Source: Tubiluchus corallicola
Taxonomy: Eukaryota; Animalia; Priapulida
Reading direction: 5' to 3'
DNA length: 64,000 nucleotides
Assembly: GCA_030141605.1 (NCBI GenBank)
Contig: JAQGDQ010000334.1
Span: 62,001-126,000, forward strand
This document shows, piece after piece, positions 48,001-60,600 of the stretch. The notes below the pieces were generated by a model. That model did not search any database. It had not been told where the DNA came from and saw only the letters and a program-made list of their open reading frames with translations. Every line of letters starts with the position of its first letter. The first letter of the stretch is position 1. A program made the translations under genes and the position numbers.

Positions 48001-51000
48001 CCTACTATTGTCAAGAACTTGTGAACTTTTGCTACTATACATCTTACTAGTGTCAACGTATGGACACTGTTACTCAGAACTTTAAAAAGAAGCCTATGTT
48101 ATTGTTTTGATTTCTGTATATTTTACTGTTATCTTGTATTTTTTTTGTTTTCTGTATGGTGACATGGCAAACAGGAGTGGGCAGTACAGGTGCCTCCAAG
48201 TTTTGTTAGCTAGCTTATTAAAATTGTGTTAATGTATAATTAACATATTTATACCTTATAAATGGTAAATAAAACTAATGAGAGTCAAAGAATCTACACA
48301 CATTTTGCACAAACATATCATTGTTCTCAACGTAGTTTAATCACATGCAGAATCATGAAAGATAAGTTTCTCTTACTTACTGTAGAGAGTGTTCTTCATC
48401 ATCAGGAGATGCACAAAAATAAATAAAGTCTTTGTTGTCCATTTCAAAAAAATCCAACTGAAAGTGAAATTTATTTTATATGTCACTCATTGATAAATGC
48501 TGTGCCTAAATTATTACAACTCGTCACAAGAAGCAGCACAAAGATTAACATCGTGTAAATTATTATTTTACATTGTTTGTCAGTATGAATTGTGTGCTTC
48601 CAAACAAAAACCATCCACAAGTTGGTATAGTTAAAACTGGGTTACAATGCTTCAAAGTAGAATGCATAAGGAATTGAGTCAAATATCATTTTTTTGCCTT
48701 TTACAAAAACAAAAGCTAAATATATTGGACTTTTATGTTATAAAATAAAAACGTCAGGAAATCGTTTAGAAAATACTAAAAATCTAATTTAATTTTATAA
48801 CTCCTGACCCACTTCTTTGCCCAAGGACTAGAATTGCATTTGTCCAAAAACTTGTATTTTAAAACTATGATAGGAGCTCATGAAGCAGCCAATTTTGATT
48901 GTAGTTTTTTTCTGTTGCCAAGCAAAAATCTTCATTAGAAGAGCCATCCACAGGATTTAAACATAACTTCAATGTACTCTTGCAAAAGTCCATAGCAACC
49001 ACCCTTTCGCACAGTTGCTAAGCGTTTTTGTAGAAGCGCGACAAAAAACAACGGCAAACCTTTTCTTAAGATTGTGTTTTTCAGTATGCAGCCTGCACTT
49101 CAACTTCAATGCGGATTATCTCAGGTTAGAAATAACATACAGCACAGAACTTGGTATCAAAATGATGCTCATGAAAGAGAGATTCAGGACATGTCAATTA
49201 CTAAAAAAGCTCAACTGGTGACTTCCTGATTTTTTGCTGTGCAACTGTACAAATGTAAAATACACTCACCTCATGTACATTTTTCACAGGTAAGCTGACT
49301 CTTGGTACAAGACTGCTAACATTTGACTGACTAAGATCAAACACATAAACACCGTCACTTTTTGCAACAAATAACTCAAATCTTTCAAATGTGGGTTCGT
49401 ATAACTACAAAAAACAAAAGCATACACATTAACTTAAATATACTTAGAACAATGCAAAAAATAACATTTGTTGTTTCAATGCCATTGTGGTTGCCAGAGT
49501 TGCCAGTGTTAGCTGTTAGGCATAGTAATGCATTGCACATCCAAGAGTGTGACTCCGTAGTTGAAGCAGTTTCAGTTTTTTGTAAAAGATGCACGTACAA
49601 TGTTTCAGATGGCTAGTTGGAAAAATATAGTTGGAAAGAACAAGTATTCACGATTTTATTATATATCAATAAACATGCACTTAAATTATGATATTACGAA
49701 GAAATCAGAAAATAGCTGCCAGATTTACAAATGCTATTTATAAATGTTAGCCTATTTTCTTTGCTTTGCAAAGCTTTAAGTGGTTTGAACTTTCTTATGA
49801 AGTATATCGACTTATAATTGATTTAACAGAAGTAACTTAATCAGTACCTTTGCTACTAAAACAGGACTAACAGATCTGTACTGCAATATATCTTCTCCCA
49901 AGCTGCCTTGAAAGAGAAGTGTGGCATCTCTCAGTTGAACTTCATAGTAGAGTTCTTCAGTGTTCCACAGTAAAACAACTGTCACCATATAAGGCTCGTT
50001 AGCAACAACCCCAAAGTCTTGTGTCAAAACTTTAACGTGTTCAAAAGTAAAGTATCCCAAATGTAGAAACTTGTCAACTGTATAAAGTGTATCTTCCACA
50101 CAATCTGTAATAAATTTACGACATTATATTGAAAATCTAGTATGACTAAAAATTTAAAAATTGTTACTATAGTGTTTCCTAACATTACTTATTTTGTTTT
50201 TGTATGTGTTAAAATGCATGTTAAAAATGGCTATTATGGTGTTTTACAAGATTATTCATTTTACTTTTGTACGTGTTAAGATGAAATTCAAAAATGTGAA
50301 AGGCTGTGCCACTTTGACACTAATCTTAACGAAAATTTACAGCTGTCTTTGTCCGGAACTGTGCAGTCAAATATAGGTTCGTGCTTCAGACTGCTTACTT
50401 CACTCACTTCCTTGTTGGTATTGGATGTAGAATATTTTGACCACCAAAGGCAATTACTTCACTTTGTTTATGGCGGAATATGTAACATGTTCTGGTAATA
50501 TTTCTGAAGCTAGATATAGATATTCAATGCTCAGTTTTTGCAGCAGTTCTCGAACATCTTTATGTAAATAAAGAAAATAACACAAAGGCATCTTACATTC
50601 TTAGAAGGACTTATGCATATCATGTCATGCATATCACTGAGATGGTAATAAAGCTCTGTTTTGTATTCTTTGTTACATATGTTAGTTTTCATAATGCATG
50701 ACAACTTCGATGTAAATATGGTAAAACCCACTACTTGTCTTTCCTACAGTAAGGCCTAAGTGATGAAATGCAAATTGAGCACACGCACTTGAAGCTGTCT
50801 TAAAGGATGACATCAACCACGGTATTAAAACAAAATCGGTGTAACTATGCAAAAAAAAACAGAAAATGTTCAACAACTTACTACTGTGACAGCTGTTGCT
50901 TAGGCAATAAATGAATAAGCGTAAATAAAAGAACAATAATATCATATATATACTTTTTATCTTTTTATCAAGCGTCTGATAATACTTTCATGTAAAAATT

Positions 51001-52809
51001 ACATGCACATCTTGCCAGAATGATAGTCTAACAGTTATTGTCCAAAACTGGGAAGAAACAATTTTGCACAGTGCAAAAATCAGGAAGTTTTTGTACACAA
51101 ATCTTCTGTTTAACAGTTAATAAAGCCAATTCTCTTGAAAACTCATTTGCTGCATGTGGATCGACACTTGGACAAGAGTGGTTGTACATTCAACATACGA
51201 TAGTTCTCAGAGAAACACCACGCAACTAAGAGGACATATTTGTGGGAAGATGGACTCATACTTACGACAGCTTACTGGCATCATTTTATTATTTGGTATA
51301 TTTCTCATAAAAGTTGCAAGAGGATAATAGAAAAAAAGATCGAAGAAGATATCAGGCAGCACATCTAATGTCCTGCCTTCACAACAAATCTGGGATTAAG
51401 ATTAGACGGCTACAGAAAAAATCACTGATAGCCTTGAGGAAGCAACTAGAAGAAACTACTGGATCACTGTCCAAGCATATGCATATAGCTATTAATTTCA
51501 CAGACTAATAGGTTAGCCTTTCATTCAAAAGATTATCAGAAAATTCTAAACCCTATCTTGATAAGCAGCATCCTAACCCGAAAGGCATATCCTCCTAGTT
51601 TGCACTCTTTTATCAGATAGAGATCATCATAAAAAGTCATAAATATCATCATCATCATAAATTGGCAACTGAGAATAAGAAATTAACAACCTAACAAGAA
51701 TCGGCTTAGTAAAAATTTAAAGCCGATGTGACAAATATTGGCTCGTCAATTAAGATCATAAGATGGCCTCTGAAGTGGTAACAAAATAACAAAGTGGTAC
51801 TAAAAGGATTAATAATGGTCAAGTGTTAACTCTATCTAAAAGGATTAATAATGGTCAAGTGTTAACCCTATCAGCCAGGGTTTGTAGAATTTAAGCTGTT
51901 CCTGTCTAGCATTCCAAAAATTCCTGGTCTTTGGCTAAAAAGTTTAACTGTAAAGTAATAACAACTACAGTTATCTTTATGACATGCAATGGGGAAAAAT
52001 TAATTTATTCTTATTGAAACCTGAACCACAAAGGTTAGAAGGATAAGATTAATATATGAGCTAACTGATTATATCTATAGAAAAAATGGATTTGCCGAAA
52101 CTAATACTGAAATCCGAGAGCAGCACCTGAACATAATGAAAGAAAAAACTGCCATTTTGTTGATTTACTATTTCAACAAATCGATCTGCAGAAATTCTAC
52201 ACAGGCTTGTTAGAACTAACTGACAGGTTCAACACTTAACTGTTACAAAAACCTAAACTAGGTCAGATCATAACAATAAATCTAGATAAAATAGCAACAT
52301 TTAGACACTTGCTTAAGATAAGAACAGTTGAATGTAATTAATTAATTTAGTTTACTGATTAGGTCAAACATCAACCTAAACCTTGTGCAAATGAAAATTT
52401 TACAAGGAAATAAACTTTACAAGCCCGACTAATAATCTTTCTTGGCTAGGTAATTAGATTTTGTGCAATTTAATTTTTCTTTTGCATGCAAAATGTAGAA
52501 AACCTATTTTGCAACACCGACAAAAGCTACAAACTGCAGAGTGCACAAATTACGGAACATAATTATGTATGTAGATAACTATTAAGTAGTAAATAAACGA
52601 TCAAAGAGAAATGCATAGTTACCAACGCATCTCTTTCTGATACTATGTCGTTCAGCCTCATAGCTTTTATGTAGTTGCAGGCGAAAAGAAGCAAGCTTTG
52701 TTTCCAAGAATGCATCTATGTCTTCTACGGTGAGAGCTTCTGTTTTGACGCGGTACAACAGGAGTACCAGAGTCAACAGTTCCTTCAACTGAAATGCACA
52801 CGTTATCAT
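16164..52809 (-). CDS. Spliced animal gene, 35 coding exons, ~2,111-aa secreted protein: N- and C-terminal EAR/EPTP-like propeller regions around a long repeat stalk; Closca/Nasrat/Polehole-like
   Basis: Manually chained GT-AG exons, all phases compatible, 6,336 nt in total: 52809-52623, 50104-49848, 49612-49466, 49404-49270, 48457-48381, 47802-47633, 47170-47027, 45275-45157, 44081-43883, 43488-43333, 42490-42299, 40714-40508, 40085-39868, 38117-37919, 36672-36412, 35410-35280, 34156-33901, 33597-33500, 32464-32320, 30528-30355, 29329-29237, 28816-28675, 27918-27782, 26861-26686, 26261-26069, 25567-25473, 24341-24137, 22852-22628, 21406-21189, 20065-19879, 18726-18238, 18092-17875, 17381-17135, 16755-16552, 16198-16164. 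Signal-like N-terminus MITCAFQLKELLTLVLLL, dibasic RKR, EAR-like motifs (HLVIANN..AIYWWNG; FQRIQTHGA...WLAIAN...SVIYRY). The start, the donor at 49466 and the last exon are the least certain parts; the family name is from recollection. Confidence 0.8.
21490..22258. repeat. Intronic minisatellite, ~27-bp unit (gggactggtcacatgttgtactgtgct)
   Basis: More than 20 degenerate tandem copies. These explain the spurious 9-aa repeat ORFs on both strands. Confidence 0.95.
23985..24072. repeat. (TA)44 microsatellite
   Basis: Perfect TA run of 88 bp. Confidence 0.97.
25774..26008 (+). mobile_element. tRNA-derived SINE-like element
   Basis: GGCC start, A-box-like tggctctgtatataagg and B-box ggttcgatac. 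Shares gttcgatactc, gtttacct and cttgataat blocks, in order, with 41880-42092. Confidence 0.55.
28067..28250 (+). mobile_element. Left end of a pogo/Tigger-like (Tc1/mariner) MITE, truncated
   Basis: TA followed by CAGTCGAACCCTCCCGTTATAA, with repeated subterminal ataatgcca motifs. No matching right TIR was found. Confidence 0.4.
31213..32219. mobile_element. Non-autonomous hAT (Charlie-like) DNA transposon / MITE, ~1,007 bp
   Basis: TIRs CAGGGGTGTGTAAA ... TTTGCATACCCCTG; 8-bp TSD atctaaac/atctaaag; subterminal gcgggcc motifs at both ends. Confidence 0.85.
34663..34723. repeat. Tandem 30-bp direct duplication
   Basis: tctggaggggtcttgggcc(a/c)ctcccatggt occurs twice. Confidence 0.85.
38760..39020. 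repeat. Degenerate short tandem repeats (agtggacacttg-like), probable transposon subterminal remnant
   Basis: Multiple tggacact/ggacatt/gggcact motifs at ~10-20-bp spacing. Confidence 0.55.
39212..39884. repeat. Four-copy 170-bp tandem repeat spanning an exon 3' end and its splice donor
   Basis: Units start at 39212, 39382, 39552 and 39722. The last copy has a 6-bp deletion and runs into the real exon ending at 39868. Confidence 0.95.
41880..42092 (+). mobile_element. Second diverged copy of the tRNA-derived SINE-like family
   Basis: B-box gttcgatactc at 41913, then gtttacct and cttgataat as in 25774-26008, and an AT-rich tail. Confidence 0.45.
47751..48014. repeat. Diverged ~135-bp tandem duplication covering a splice acceptor and exon start
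   Basis: 47751-47880 and 47886-48014 align (tttagttaatgagtcta.atgttccataccaaa.tca.agtgctcat...cctatcata...ggtgccact). Confidence 0.9.
51800..51872. repeat. Tandem 36-bp direct duplication
   Basis: ctaaaaggattaataatggtcaagtgttaac(t/c)ctat occurs twice. Confidence 0.85.
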
Positions 52810-53989
52810 GAGTACCTATGAAAACTTCATCGCAGCAACAAAGATATTTAGTTCTCTTTCGTATCAGAATAACACCATGCAGAGGCATAGCAAAGGGCAG
52901 GGGGGGGGCAACAGGATGCAGAAGTCTAATGACTGTTAATTAACAATTAATAATCCAACAATTGTAATTAACAAACTGTGGCTGATTCTTGGAAAAAATC
53001 GTTTATCTTTATCCCATCATGTTGAAAAGGAAAGTGGGTTTCAGGGAAGCAAAAAACATGCTCAAATGAGCAAAACATTAAAAGGGTAGGGTGCTAGAAG
53101 TTTTTTGCCCCTGTGCCCATGGTGCAACAATCTCTTGCTATGCCAATGAACAGCAGGTGCTATTTTCAGAGCAAAATTCTATTATTTAAAGATCACAATA
53201 TTTGTTATTACAACAGCAATAATGATGTGTCACACAAACAAAGAAATATTCAAGCTCAAAATAGCAGTAGTACTTGAACATTTAGGTTGTACATTAAAGT
53301 TGTGTTCAATGTTCATCATAAAGGTTGCATATCAAAACTCAAACATTTATTTTGTTCAAAAATGTTTAGCTGAGTAACAACAGCAAGAGCAGCAGTGACA
53401 GCAGCACCCAAGAGAACGAAAATGACTACAATAGCTAATACTGAGAGTGGATATTCCCTTCTGCATTCCCTCTCTCCCCGTCCTCCTCCCCTTCCCCCGA
53501 TATATACATAAAAATGCTGTAAAGTAATATAATTTTTTAAGGTGATTTTTCTGAAACCTATTTCAGGTATCCTTTTTCTTGTCCTGTAATTGGTTAGAAG
53601 CTCGAGCTTGGGTAGCAAGGATTAGACTGCAGTAGTGACATGTACTACCTACATGCTTACTTAGGTGACACAGGTGGGCGACAGTACAAATGGGTGTGGG
53701 AAAGTGTTTCACTTTGGCACAAAACTTATGGGCACCAGTGCCGATGCACATTAATTGTCCAACATGACTTGATAATTATTTTAGTGGGTACGATCGTGTA
53801 ATTAAAATTGGAAACAACTATATATCAATGCTAAATCCATATAGCACAAGTAAACTATTGAAATTTTACGTAAAGTTAAACTAAAAATAGCGGTATCACT
53901 GTTGAAATAACAGCAAATTTATTAATAAAGTTTAGTTCTGTTGTAAATCTCACCCATCTACTTTTTTGCCATTTTTGCTGCAGTAGCAA

Positions 53990-54400
53990 GTGCATGCAAG
54001 AAATCTTCAGCGATTTGTACGATTTGCTTGAGGCAATTTGGTCTTAATAACAGATGGCATGGAAAAGACGATTTAGGTTAAATTGTGTTGGCCTGTTGTC
54101 TGTTGGCCTGAGAAATAATATGCTTAGTATGTGAATTCCATTCCAGGTTGTCTGAGAATAACACACCCAAATCACGCACAACTGACTTTTCTTCAATAAC
54201 ACCTCTCTCAGATAATAATGTTACGTATTATCTCTCAGATAATAATTAAGAACGAATACAAAGTGCGTTGCATTTACTACGTTTGAGGGACATTAATCAG
54301 CTGTCACACCATCGCTCAATTTCAGACAGGTCAGCTTGTAAGACCTCTTGGTCAGAGGAATTTCTAATTGGACAGTAAGGTTTCATATCGTCAACAGACA
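53990..54400 (-). mobile_element. Degenerate CR1-like LINE reverse-transcriptase fragment
   Basis: The minus frame reads VDDMKPYCPI...DQEVLQADLSEIERWCDS*LMSL..SKC and VRDLGVLFSDNLEWNSH...ANR, the post-YADD region of non-LTR RTs, with stops. Confidence 0.8.
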
Positions 54401-57400
54401 CTGGTATACTTGTGTCGGGCGATACACAATCAGTAATATGTCCCAAAGATACAGGAAATGCATCAGTTTGTAGCACTTACTCCAGTCCTTCTAGCTGATT
54501 CTCGATTCCTGATTTCGAGTCGTAAAGATGTGGCAACGGTTCTTTTGTCCCCCTAACACTTCAACCAATCTTTTTTTAGCCAGTAATTTTCCAACTACAG
54601 TTATTATTGTAACTGTCCCGTAATTCAGCAGATCTGATTTGCCAATTTCTTGTAAGCAAGATTTACTAAACTTTTTTCCACTCACTAAAACGTAAGCTAG
54701 TGCCTTACTCAGCCGTTATCACAAGAAATCTGCATTTAAGGCAGAGAAAATTTTGCATTGTTGTTGAAACAAACCTTGAGCAGACGCAAATTCGTCAAAT
54801 TTTGGCCACAATATGGGAAACTATCAATATGGGCAAGCAGGGGAATCCTATGACAAAATGTTGCAAGCTTAACTAGGAAATGGTGATAATCATGGATAAA
54901 CCCTATGCTTAAATCAGAAAAACAGTTAAAAAAGCTTATCTCGGGAAAAGCTTAAATTAAACCGTTCTCCCAAAACAAAAATATTACAATAACTCGCTTT
55001 AAAATTACAAGTATTGTCGCAGCGGTACTCTGCAGTTTGCTTGATAATTGGCTGGTTTGTAGATATAGTTTATTATAGATATAAATAATGTACTTTTAGA
55101 TGTGCGAAATAAATTTTAAATTTAAAAAATAATATAGGCCCACTGTATATACCAGGCGTATCTTGTCAATGAATAATCAGGTAGTAAATTGAAATTTTTA
55201 TCTTGGATAATGGAAAATACCTTTTCTGTGGTAATAATTAAATAATTAATAATTAAAATTACGCATCATATTTCTATGATAAAGAATTTTTGCAAGTTAA
55301 GAACACAGATTATCAGCATTTCCCACTAAAGCTTATAACGTGTGCACAATGCTTTCTAAGATAAGAAAATTTTCCAAGTTAAGACGAGTATAATTATCCC
55401 GGTTTATCAACCTTTCCCACTTAAGCTCATAACAAGCCTATACCATGACATATACTAATACAGGTATGCTGGAAATCCCCCAATCATCAAGTATTAAAAT
55501 GCAGACCTCGAGGAAACCTTGATAATAAATAATTATATGTAGCACTGCAGAGTCTGAATTACAAGACATATTGGTGTTAGGATAGCATGACCTATTATGA
55601 GATGTTTCATAAGTCACTTGCTGATTTGATTTTCAATTTTCTTTATTAACAATTTTCTAATTAACAACGATATTCATCTTGCGGAAGACTCCTACACAGT
55701 AGTTGAGAACTCTTTTAGTTTTCATTTAAAGTATTCCACTTTTTCTAAAGTTACCATGCTGATACTATGGTAGAGATGTGAAATCGCTGCAGGTAAAGAA
55801 AAGTATCTAGAAAAGAGCTTGGTATATAGATGTAAACTAAAATCGCTGCAATAGATATGAACCCAGGTTTGAGACCATTAAAATGTGACAAATTAAAGAC
55901 TAAGCCATCAAATTGTCATCGTCAACACTCAACGTCATCACCACTGCCGCCGCCGCCGCCGTCGCCACCATAACTATTACAATTTTTGATAAAATAAAAA
56001 GTTGGATTTTGAAAAATTGCAATTAAAAGTATAACGATTTAGCATTTTAATTTTTTGTTTTTAATGCATTAAAATTTAATAGCGTACAGGTATATGACTT
56101 CTTCGTGATTATTCTTCAAGATTTGCGTGGCGTGAGTTATCCTTAAAACACCGACATGCTGATCTTCGGTTCGCGATAACTGTTTGCAGACAACTGCGTT
56201 GCAGTAGTGTCTACGAAAAACGTGCGAAACAAACTTACCCAATGTATGTGTTGCAGTATTGCTTTGCCTGTTATCGTACCATTAATCTTCGAAAAATTTT
56301 CTTGATTTATTTAGATGTTCATGTTAGAAAACGTTGAAGCTGCAGTTTCTTTCACAAGAAATTTGCATATGATATGCCATGCTCCATCATCGATACATTG
56401 TCTCTGGCTATGTGCTGCTCTATTATTCTTTGTAATGTACTTTACATAAGCATAACCTGTTTTACACAGTCTTGAATTATTTACCCTACATACTGCAACA
56501 CAGCAGTGACAGTACTATCATACCAAGATTTGTCACGTCTCTAATCTTGATATAATCGACTACTATTTTTTGTTAATAATTAGCAACTTTTAGCTGACTT
56601 ATTGTTTTATATCTTATCTACACATAATTATTTTACTTATTATTAATTAATTACGCTTACCATCGGATATTGCAATACTTAAAGCTGTTTAGCAATTAAT
56701 CATTTGACATTCACACTAAAATACCACATCACACGTAAACCTCAAACGATACTAACTGTAGTTTTTGGCTAAAATGTGATAGCACCCGCCAGGGAACATG
56801 AAGCCAGCTACCATCCGAAAAATTCAAACAGTTAATAAACTGTATCTTGACAATTACGCAAAGCCGGATATACAGCCAACTACTAGCGAACTGTTCTAGA
56901 AATTCAGTTAGCTTATTTGAAACGTTTTTAGGTTTTTGACTGGGTGCATGGTGTCTTACTTTTAGTTCTATTTTGCCTAGCAGTTTACAAATGAATTTTT
57001 GTTTATATTTTCGTGTATTTTAACAACATTGTTTTTGTAACTGCAACGCTTGGGTAGGGTACTTGATCGACATACATGTAAGAGTGTATCGTAGATTATT
57101 TGCGTATGCTGTATGTAATATGCAGACACTAATAATTGACAACCAAGTATAAACAACACTAACATGTGATGTGGGTGCAGCAATGTAAATTTAATTTCTT
57201 GTATCAAAAATAAAAAATACAGACAATTTTTGTTGATTTGTCTTTCAATTCGGGTAACAAATTAAATGCTTACTAGTTTTTTTCATTATGAAAGAATTTG
57301 ACAACTTAATAAATACCATTACTAACAGTATTGTTACACTTATACAAAGATCGATTACACAGCTAAATCAGATAGTCATGGTGAATTAAAAAATCAACCT

Positions 57401-57666
57401 TCTGTGTAAATTGAGGTTGCTTTTTTTAAATTTCGATTGCACAAACGAAAAACTTTCAAACTAACAAATGATACCGTAAACCTTAAATCATATTAACGAT
57501 TGTATATATGTACTAGTTGGAAACTTTTCATTATGGCAAATTTGTTGAATTACATGATACAATGTTGAAGCGAACACATTGATAAAACTTTGAAGCGAAC
57601 TGACATAAGTTATTTCATCGTATAAACATCGTATAACTTTAGTTACTACTGTGTAATGTCTTATTA

Positions 57667-60600
57667 TCAGCAATACATGGCATCAAGTTTTTGGATGTCT
57701 GTACCAGAGAAGCCTTCTCTTTGGCCAATCCCATCCAAAGAAGTGTAAAGAGGTACCAGCGTTGGTTCACCATTTACAGAAAATCCGTAGGCAGAGTAGT
57801 GCATTACGGAACCATAGTCGTATACCGCGCCATAGTCAGTAACCGTATTGCTGTCATACTTGTAAAAATTATGCTCATAGCCTGCAAAAACATCATATAT
57901 TGAATACCAGATGTCTAACTCGACAGATTGATCATATCAGATAACTCACTATACTATGCGCTTATCTTTACTTTGATTTTAAAGATTGGTAGGACAACTA
58001 AGGTCTAATTAAGTTTGCAAGCCCTTTCAAGCGCTTAAAGACGGTGTTTTTACCTGAGGAATTCATAGAGTTTTCACGTTTACCCGTTCAGAAGCTAAAT
58101 CACAATAACGTTGGTGCGTGTTGGGATGATCGAGCAAATTGGGCTAACTACTGAAATTTCCAACTGACGATCAACGGACGGACAGCGTCCATTTAATTAA
58201 ATTTCCTGCCTCGTGGCTTTCCATACCTGGTTTGATGTTTTCCCACATTACAGTAACCCAGCTATCCCTGTTGTAGTTGCTCTGCATATGATAGAAACCA
58301 AGTGCGTGCAAAAATTCATGAAGGATTGAACCATACCTAAATATTAAAATTTATTATAAACCATGGCCTCAACTATAATCGTCAAGTATCAATGCGCCAG
58401 TTCATTTTCCCACGTTTTATGCTCGAGTTACTTACATAACAGTAAATAGCTTTAATGCAGAAAATAATTATAAGTTTCAATTTATTATGCAATAGTATGT
58501 TTATTGTGCTATAGAAATTATATAAAAAACATGTTAGCAAAACTTACGCGCTAATACAACCGGAACTTAGTTTAAGGGTTTGTGCGCCTCCTATCCTTCC
58601 AACGTAAGACGAACAACTAAAGAAAGTAACATTCCAATATCGTAATTAAAAATGAAACATGTTTTATATACTATAAGAAATGTGTGTTATACTCTTTCGA
58701 ACAGTGTGACACTGTGAACATTTTGACCAGTGCAATTCACAACGCGTCGTATACAAAAGCTGCTGAAAAAAATGCAAGTGGCTATCTATGAGAAGCAAGA
58801 TTCTACGGAGTTCCTAGTAAGTAAACCTACGTTGAGAAATATTTTGATACTGACACCGAATTCTGTCTTATAATGGTAAAGCAGACGCATATTTAGACGC
58901 CAAAAGCTTTACGTAATGTACTGACTCTAATATAGGAAGTGAAATTTTGTGAAGAGTATCAGTGTCATCGCAGTAGGGGCAACATCAGTATACCGAGTTT
59001 ATTGTAATTGTAGTGCTTCTTTTAATGAAATTAGTTTTAACAACTTTCCAAGTTTTTTTATCTTTAATTTAAGTTTAAAGTAGCGCACCCGGAAGATGAT
59101 TTCACTACGCTGATGTAATCTCGAACACCTGATGTGGACGTAATTCGTTCCAGCCTGACACATTCAGAACTACTAGCGTAGTCAGCTACAGCCCTCTCAA
59201 TTTGTTGAATCTCCCACGAAGCTGTAAACAAAACAATTCTTTATACGCTCAAACAGGGTGAAATATTAAGTCGGTTTTGAGAGGAAAGTTGGGAACTACA
59301 TGATTTCTATGATTTTTTGATTCTGGGCATTTCAGTCATGCAGGTGCCATTTAATATTTTTCCATTAAAATAGGTGAGAATGCCACGCAAACTTTATTTT
59401 TTAATTTATAAGCTGAGAATCAAATTATAATTTTCGATTAAGTGGGCCAAATGTTAGGCGACATAAGTAAATAATAAGACTAAGTTTATCATAACTTACT
59501 GAATCCGGAATTAAGGTAAAATGGGACAGCACCAGGATCAGGCCATCTGTACCTCGTATCAATTTTGCCATTTTTTGTACTTCTTTCCTTTAAAATAATC
59601 GATAAATGCATTAACGAGTTGCTCTAAAACCAAATGATGCCAATAGTAAGTGATATAAAATCGTCAAATTAGTAAATGAATTTTTGCACAAGTTTTTTGT
59701 GTATTACATTATTTTACATTCACAATGTTGTATCGTTCGTATGCAGGGCCGGGTTGTGACCCGTTGGGGCTCCTCAGACAGAGACAAATTGAACGATATA
59801 AGTTATGCCAAGATTGTTGACCTTTGACCCGTGGGTGATTGTCTGAACAGTTAAATACTGAGGTTTCATTGTGAAATGCACTTTCCATGCATTCAAGCAA
59901 TTCAATAAGAGAAGATAAGCACTTTCAAAAAAGACTGACGTCTCTTCATTTTTAAGGCTGAATTTTATAACTTTATAATTTATTAATTTTATAATTTTAT
60001 GTTTGCAAAATCTTCGGTTTCTGAGCACGTCAGAAACATTGTCAACTAGTTATTAAGTTGTGTATGATCTAAAATTTAATGTACCTGCCCTGGAGCTATC
60101 ATAATGTCACCTTGGAAATAAGGCCCTTCTTCGTCAGCATTAGCCTTGCCTGTCAATGAACCCCGCGCTGAAGAAACGGAAATAAAATTCTTTATATAAA
60201 TAAATAAATAAATATGTCTCCATGGAAACATAGCTAAAACACGCTTATTATATCAGAAAATGAAATTACTGACAACTCTAACATTAAAAGTAGAAGTTTT
60301 TACAGATATGGTCGACAGTTGACTCTGTTGAAATATTACTGCACAGAGTCTAATTTGTTGATATTTGTGCCTTTTTAGTTAAAACTGAAACTATAATTGT
60401 CAGTCTCAGCTTTATTTATGTGAAATCCGTAAAATGCAAAATCCTCGCGGGAGAACGCTGAGCTACTCCTGCAATTTGAGTAAAATAATAGATACTCGTA
60501 TAGGCCCGGCTTTAGGTTTGACATCCTAGTATTTTTAGCGCATCCTAACTTCTTCCTCAACGGTCAATGCCCTCCCCGCGATCCCATGTATCCTATCCAC

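Noticed and set aside
50900-52250. Possible decayed retroelement in the first coding intron
   Set aside because: The composition looks coding-like, but I could not read any diagnostic RT, endonuclease or integrase motif.
53316-53618. ORF with an apparent transmembrane helix (VLAIVVIFVLLGAAVTAALAVV) as a membrane anchor for the giant protein
   Set aside because: It comes from low-complexity gct/gtt-rich sequence, has no good acceptor, and its likely donor phase does not fit the next coding frame. The exon at 52809 already provides an ATG and a signal-like peptide. Not fully excluded.
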